A DNA stretch of 64,000 nucleotides from Phoronis australis (taxonomy: Eukaryota; Animalia; Phoronida): NCBI GenBank assembly GCA_002633005.1, contig NMRA01000791.1, positions 69,881 to 133,880 of the forward strand, in the 5' to 3' direction. Within the stretch, counting starts at the first letter, position 1; every line of letters begins with the position of its first letter. Below are positions 61,312 through 64,000 of this stretch, piece by piece. Made by a program: the position numbers and the translations under genes. The notes beneath the pieces were generated by a model that did not search any database, had not been told where the DNA came from, and worked only from the letters and a program-made list of their open reading frames with translations.

Positions 61312-64000
61312 TTTTGTTATGTATTTATTATCATTTACAAAGAATTACAAAAAGCAAACAAACAAATAAGTACACTATTCATTCACGCATGCACACCTCA
61401 GTAAGACCATTCTCATATCTCGTTTAAAGTAAATATCTTCTACATGAAGTTAAAATGAACAATAAATTTTTCCCATTTTGCAGAGAAGCTGTCATATACA
61501 AAGTTTTTATGTGCATTTAATTTTTCAGCATTATAGTATTCATAAGTTTTTGTAACGAACTTGAGAAAATTAGGTATATTTTTGTGACATCTCGTAAGAC
61601 AGACAGTTGGGAAGCTGAATGCCACACTTTTGAAGTAGCTTTCCGAATTCTTCCCAGAAATCTTGTACAAAGCTACATTCCCTAAAAAGGTGTGACAGCG
61701 TCTATGGAGCTTTATTATAGAAGGAACATAGATCAGAATCCCTAACACATATCTTGACTAAAAAGGTATTTGATACAATAATTCTATGTAGCATTTATAA
61801 TTGGAACCATCTAATATGGGGATCCTTTGTAATTTTGTAAGGTAAAGCATATATTTTCTTCCAATCTCCTAGCTCTATTTCCCATTTACACTCTGACTTA
61901 GGTTTTTTAACGTTATTAAAGACTGAACAAATACATGTATGTCTACAGCCCTTCAAATCTTTCCGTAAGTGAGTAATTGCTAAAGGCATGCAAGGAGAGT
62001 AGACATTAACACTTTTAAATTTACTTTGAAATAGACTTTTTTGAAACCTTCTTAGAACAGAAACAACACCATTATATTCTACAAAGTTGGTTTTTACGTC
62101 GATCCTATTTTTTATAGTGTTTAGACTAACAAAATCACATCAGAGGTATACATATCTCTAATAAATCTTAAGCCTTTTACAAACCAAGGCTTATAAAAAA
62201 CACCTGTGCCTCCAATCGCCAAGTTACTATTAAACCACAAAGGTTGGTTCAAAAAGTCCTCTTTACTTGAAACAATTATTTTCTTGTAGAAAGATAACAT
62301 ACTTCCAAATACGTCGCGCCAGTAGGAATTACAAATTAGAGTTAACTTCGACTTAATAAAGTCATCTCCAAATGAAGCAAAATTCTTTAAGAACGGGTAG
62401 AGTGATTACAGTAATTCACCACTTTTAGACGCAGGGCTTTCAAGATATCTACGGGCCATAGCGAGTTTTAAAGCTTTGCTGAAAGTATGCACATTGACCA
62501 TTTGAATTCCCCCTTGATAAAGTCCTAAACAGGCCGTAGTTTGTTTAATTTTATCATTACGGGTCTGCCATACAAATCTAAAAAATGTCGTATTCAATTC
62601 ACCCAAGACTTCACTGATGGATTTGGTAAACTTCACAACAAAAAATTAAGTTTAGAAATAGCTAATGTTTTAATTACCGTTACTCTACCAAACGGCGATA
62701 AATTTCGTCAACTCCAACTTTTTAGTAAAGACTTGATCTCAGTTATTCTTGCAGTGAAGCTCTTATGCGTCATACTATCCAACTGAGTGTCAAAACCCAC
62801 CCCCAAAAATCTAAAAGATTTTTTGTCCAAGACAAAATTTCTTTTGTAGGAATCACGTCATTACTACGAGTTTTACTTCCAAACCATATGGCTTTTGTTT
62901 TATCCACATTCACTTGGAGACCGGAGACACTAGCAAACAAATGTAGTACATCCAGTGTGGTAGTCAATGACAAATTCGACCCATCCAACGTAATTAATGT
63001 GTCGTCCGCATATTGCGAAATCAAATATTCCTTATTCCCAGCAACTACACCAGCAATATTTTTATTATTCTTGATTAAATACGCCAAAATCTCCGCGCAC
63101 AATATAAAAATGTAGGGAGACAATGGGTCACCTTGTCTGCAGCCACGCGAAATATTGAACCAAGAAGATGGGTGACCATTTACGACAACACAGGACTTAA
63201 TATTACTGTAAAAGACTTTCACCCACCTTCTGATCGACCAACCAAAATTAAGGAACGATAAAGTTTTTTGAATAAAATTCCACGACAATGAATCAAATGC
63301 TTTCTCAAAATCAATCAGTAAAAGCAATCCAGGTTTGTTAGCTGCCTGGGCATAAAACATTAAATCATATAGCACTCGGATATTTTCGTTCATATTTCTT
63401 CCAGAAACGAAACCTGTCTGGTCCTTACTGATTACTTTTCCCAAAACGGATTTTAACCGTTCAGCTACTGCCGAAGAAGCCAATTTATATGTCACATTGA
63501 GCAAGGATATGGGTCTCCAGTTTTTCAAATAATGTTTACTTTTATCTGCTCCCTTAGGGATGCAGGTGATCACTCCCTCTTTCTGTGTTGAGGATAACTG
63601 GCCAACAGCAAAACCTGTATTAAGTGAGCGAACAACGAAATGTCCAATGTCAGCCCAAAAAAATTTTAAAAATTCCACTGAAAAACCATCAGAGCCTGGG
63701 CTTTTGTTGTTTTTCATTTTTTTCAAGCATTGTGTGACTTCTTCATATGTAAGAAGACCTTCTAATTTTTCTTTTTCCGTCTCATTCAGCTTGGAGACAC
63801 AAACATTATCAAGAAGAGTTTTTAAAGAAGTATTGTTAGTCTGTCTATATTTGTATAGATTTTCATAAAAAGTTTTGGTTTCCTGAATAACCTCTTCTTC
63901 ACTATTGGTTTTAGTATTGTCAGATTTCCACAAAAAAGGCATAAACTTACTTGTGTAATGTCTATTTTCCAAGTGAAGAAAATATTTGGAAGGCTTTTCA
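61312..64000 (-). mobile_element. L1/Tx1-clade non-LTR retrotransposon (runs off the right edge) in intron 3 of copy C
   Basis: Homology to copy B stops at about 61312; minus-strand AATAAA at 61324-61329; ORF2 pieces at 62770-63972, 62406-62636, 61795-61989 and 61440-61748. Confidence 0.9.
62770..63972 (-). CDS. LINE ORF2 reverse transcriptase domain (partial, frameshifted downstream)
   Basis: KSPGSDGF, KNWRPISLLNVTYK, QTGFVSGR, IDFEKAFD, GCRQGDPLSP, SQYADD. Confidence 0.93.
   Translation of the reverse strand: MENRHYTSKFMPFLWKSDNTKTNSEEEVIQETKTFYENLYKYRQTNNTSLKTLLDNVCVSKLNETEKEKLEGLLTYEEVTQCLKKMKNNKSPGSDGFSVEFLKFFWADIGHFVVRSLNTGFAVGQLSSTQKEGVITCIPKGADKSKHYLKNWRPISLLNVTYKLASSAVAERLKSVLGKVISKDQTGFVSGRNMNENIRVLYDLMFYAQAANKPGLLLLIDFEKAFDSLSWNFIQKTLSFLNFGWSIRRWVKVFYSNIKSCVVVNGHPSSWFNISRGCRQGDPLSPYIFILCAEILAYLIKNNKNIAGVVAGNKEYLISQYADDTLITLDGSNLSLTTTLDVLHLFASVSGLQVNVDKTKAIWFGSKTRSNDVIPTKEILSWTKNLLDFWGWVLTLSWIV

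Noticed and set aside
1-64000. tRNA/rRNA genes or prokaryotic operons
   Set aside because: None recognised; the sequence is intron-rich animal DNA.

Overview
Eukaryotic (animal, probably marine invertebrate) genomic DNA, AT-rich, with GT-AG introns and small assembly gaps (n at 25687 and 53943; 42 N at 47129-47170). Most ORFs in the supplied track are spurious. The window holds a head-to-tail tandem array, all on +, of a secreted astacin (M12A) metalloprotease gene: the last 5 exons of copy A (663-3567), a complete 22-exon copy B (7303-41956, about 1041 aa) and the first exons of copy C (46467?, 58973-60714). Copy B reads signal peptide, prodomain ending RKKR, astacin, EGF, CUB, EGF, TSP1, MAM, P/T linker, ShK, ShK, P/T linker, F5/8C. 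Introns and spacers carry many transposons that can be delimited by comparing the copies: a Kolobok end with a KolX/P2X7-ballast-like ORF, two Academ elements, an Ngaro-type tyrosine-recombinase element with split direct repeats, a Gypsy remnant with a nested Penelope fragment, an inverted Penelope remnant, a Tc1/pogo-type MITE and a Tx1/L1 LINE. Most striking: where copy C carries a TA[CAGT...ACTG]TA MITE, copy B carries TACATGTA, the canonical Tc1 excision footprint. Several other copy-specific TA to TACATGTA/TACAGTA/TAGGCCTA changes suggest the abundant TACATGTA motif is a record of transposon excisions. All analysis was done by eye.
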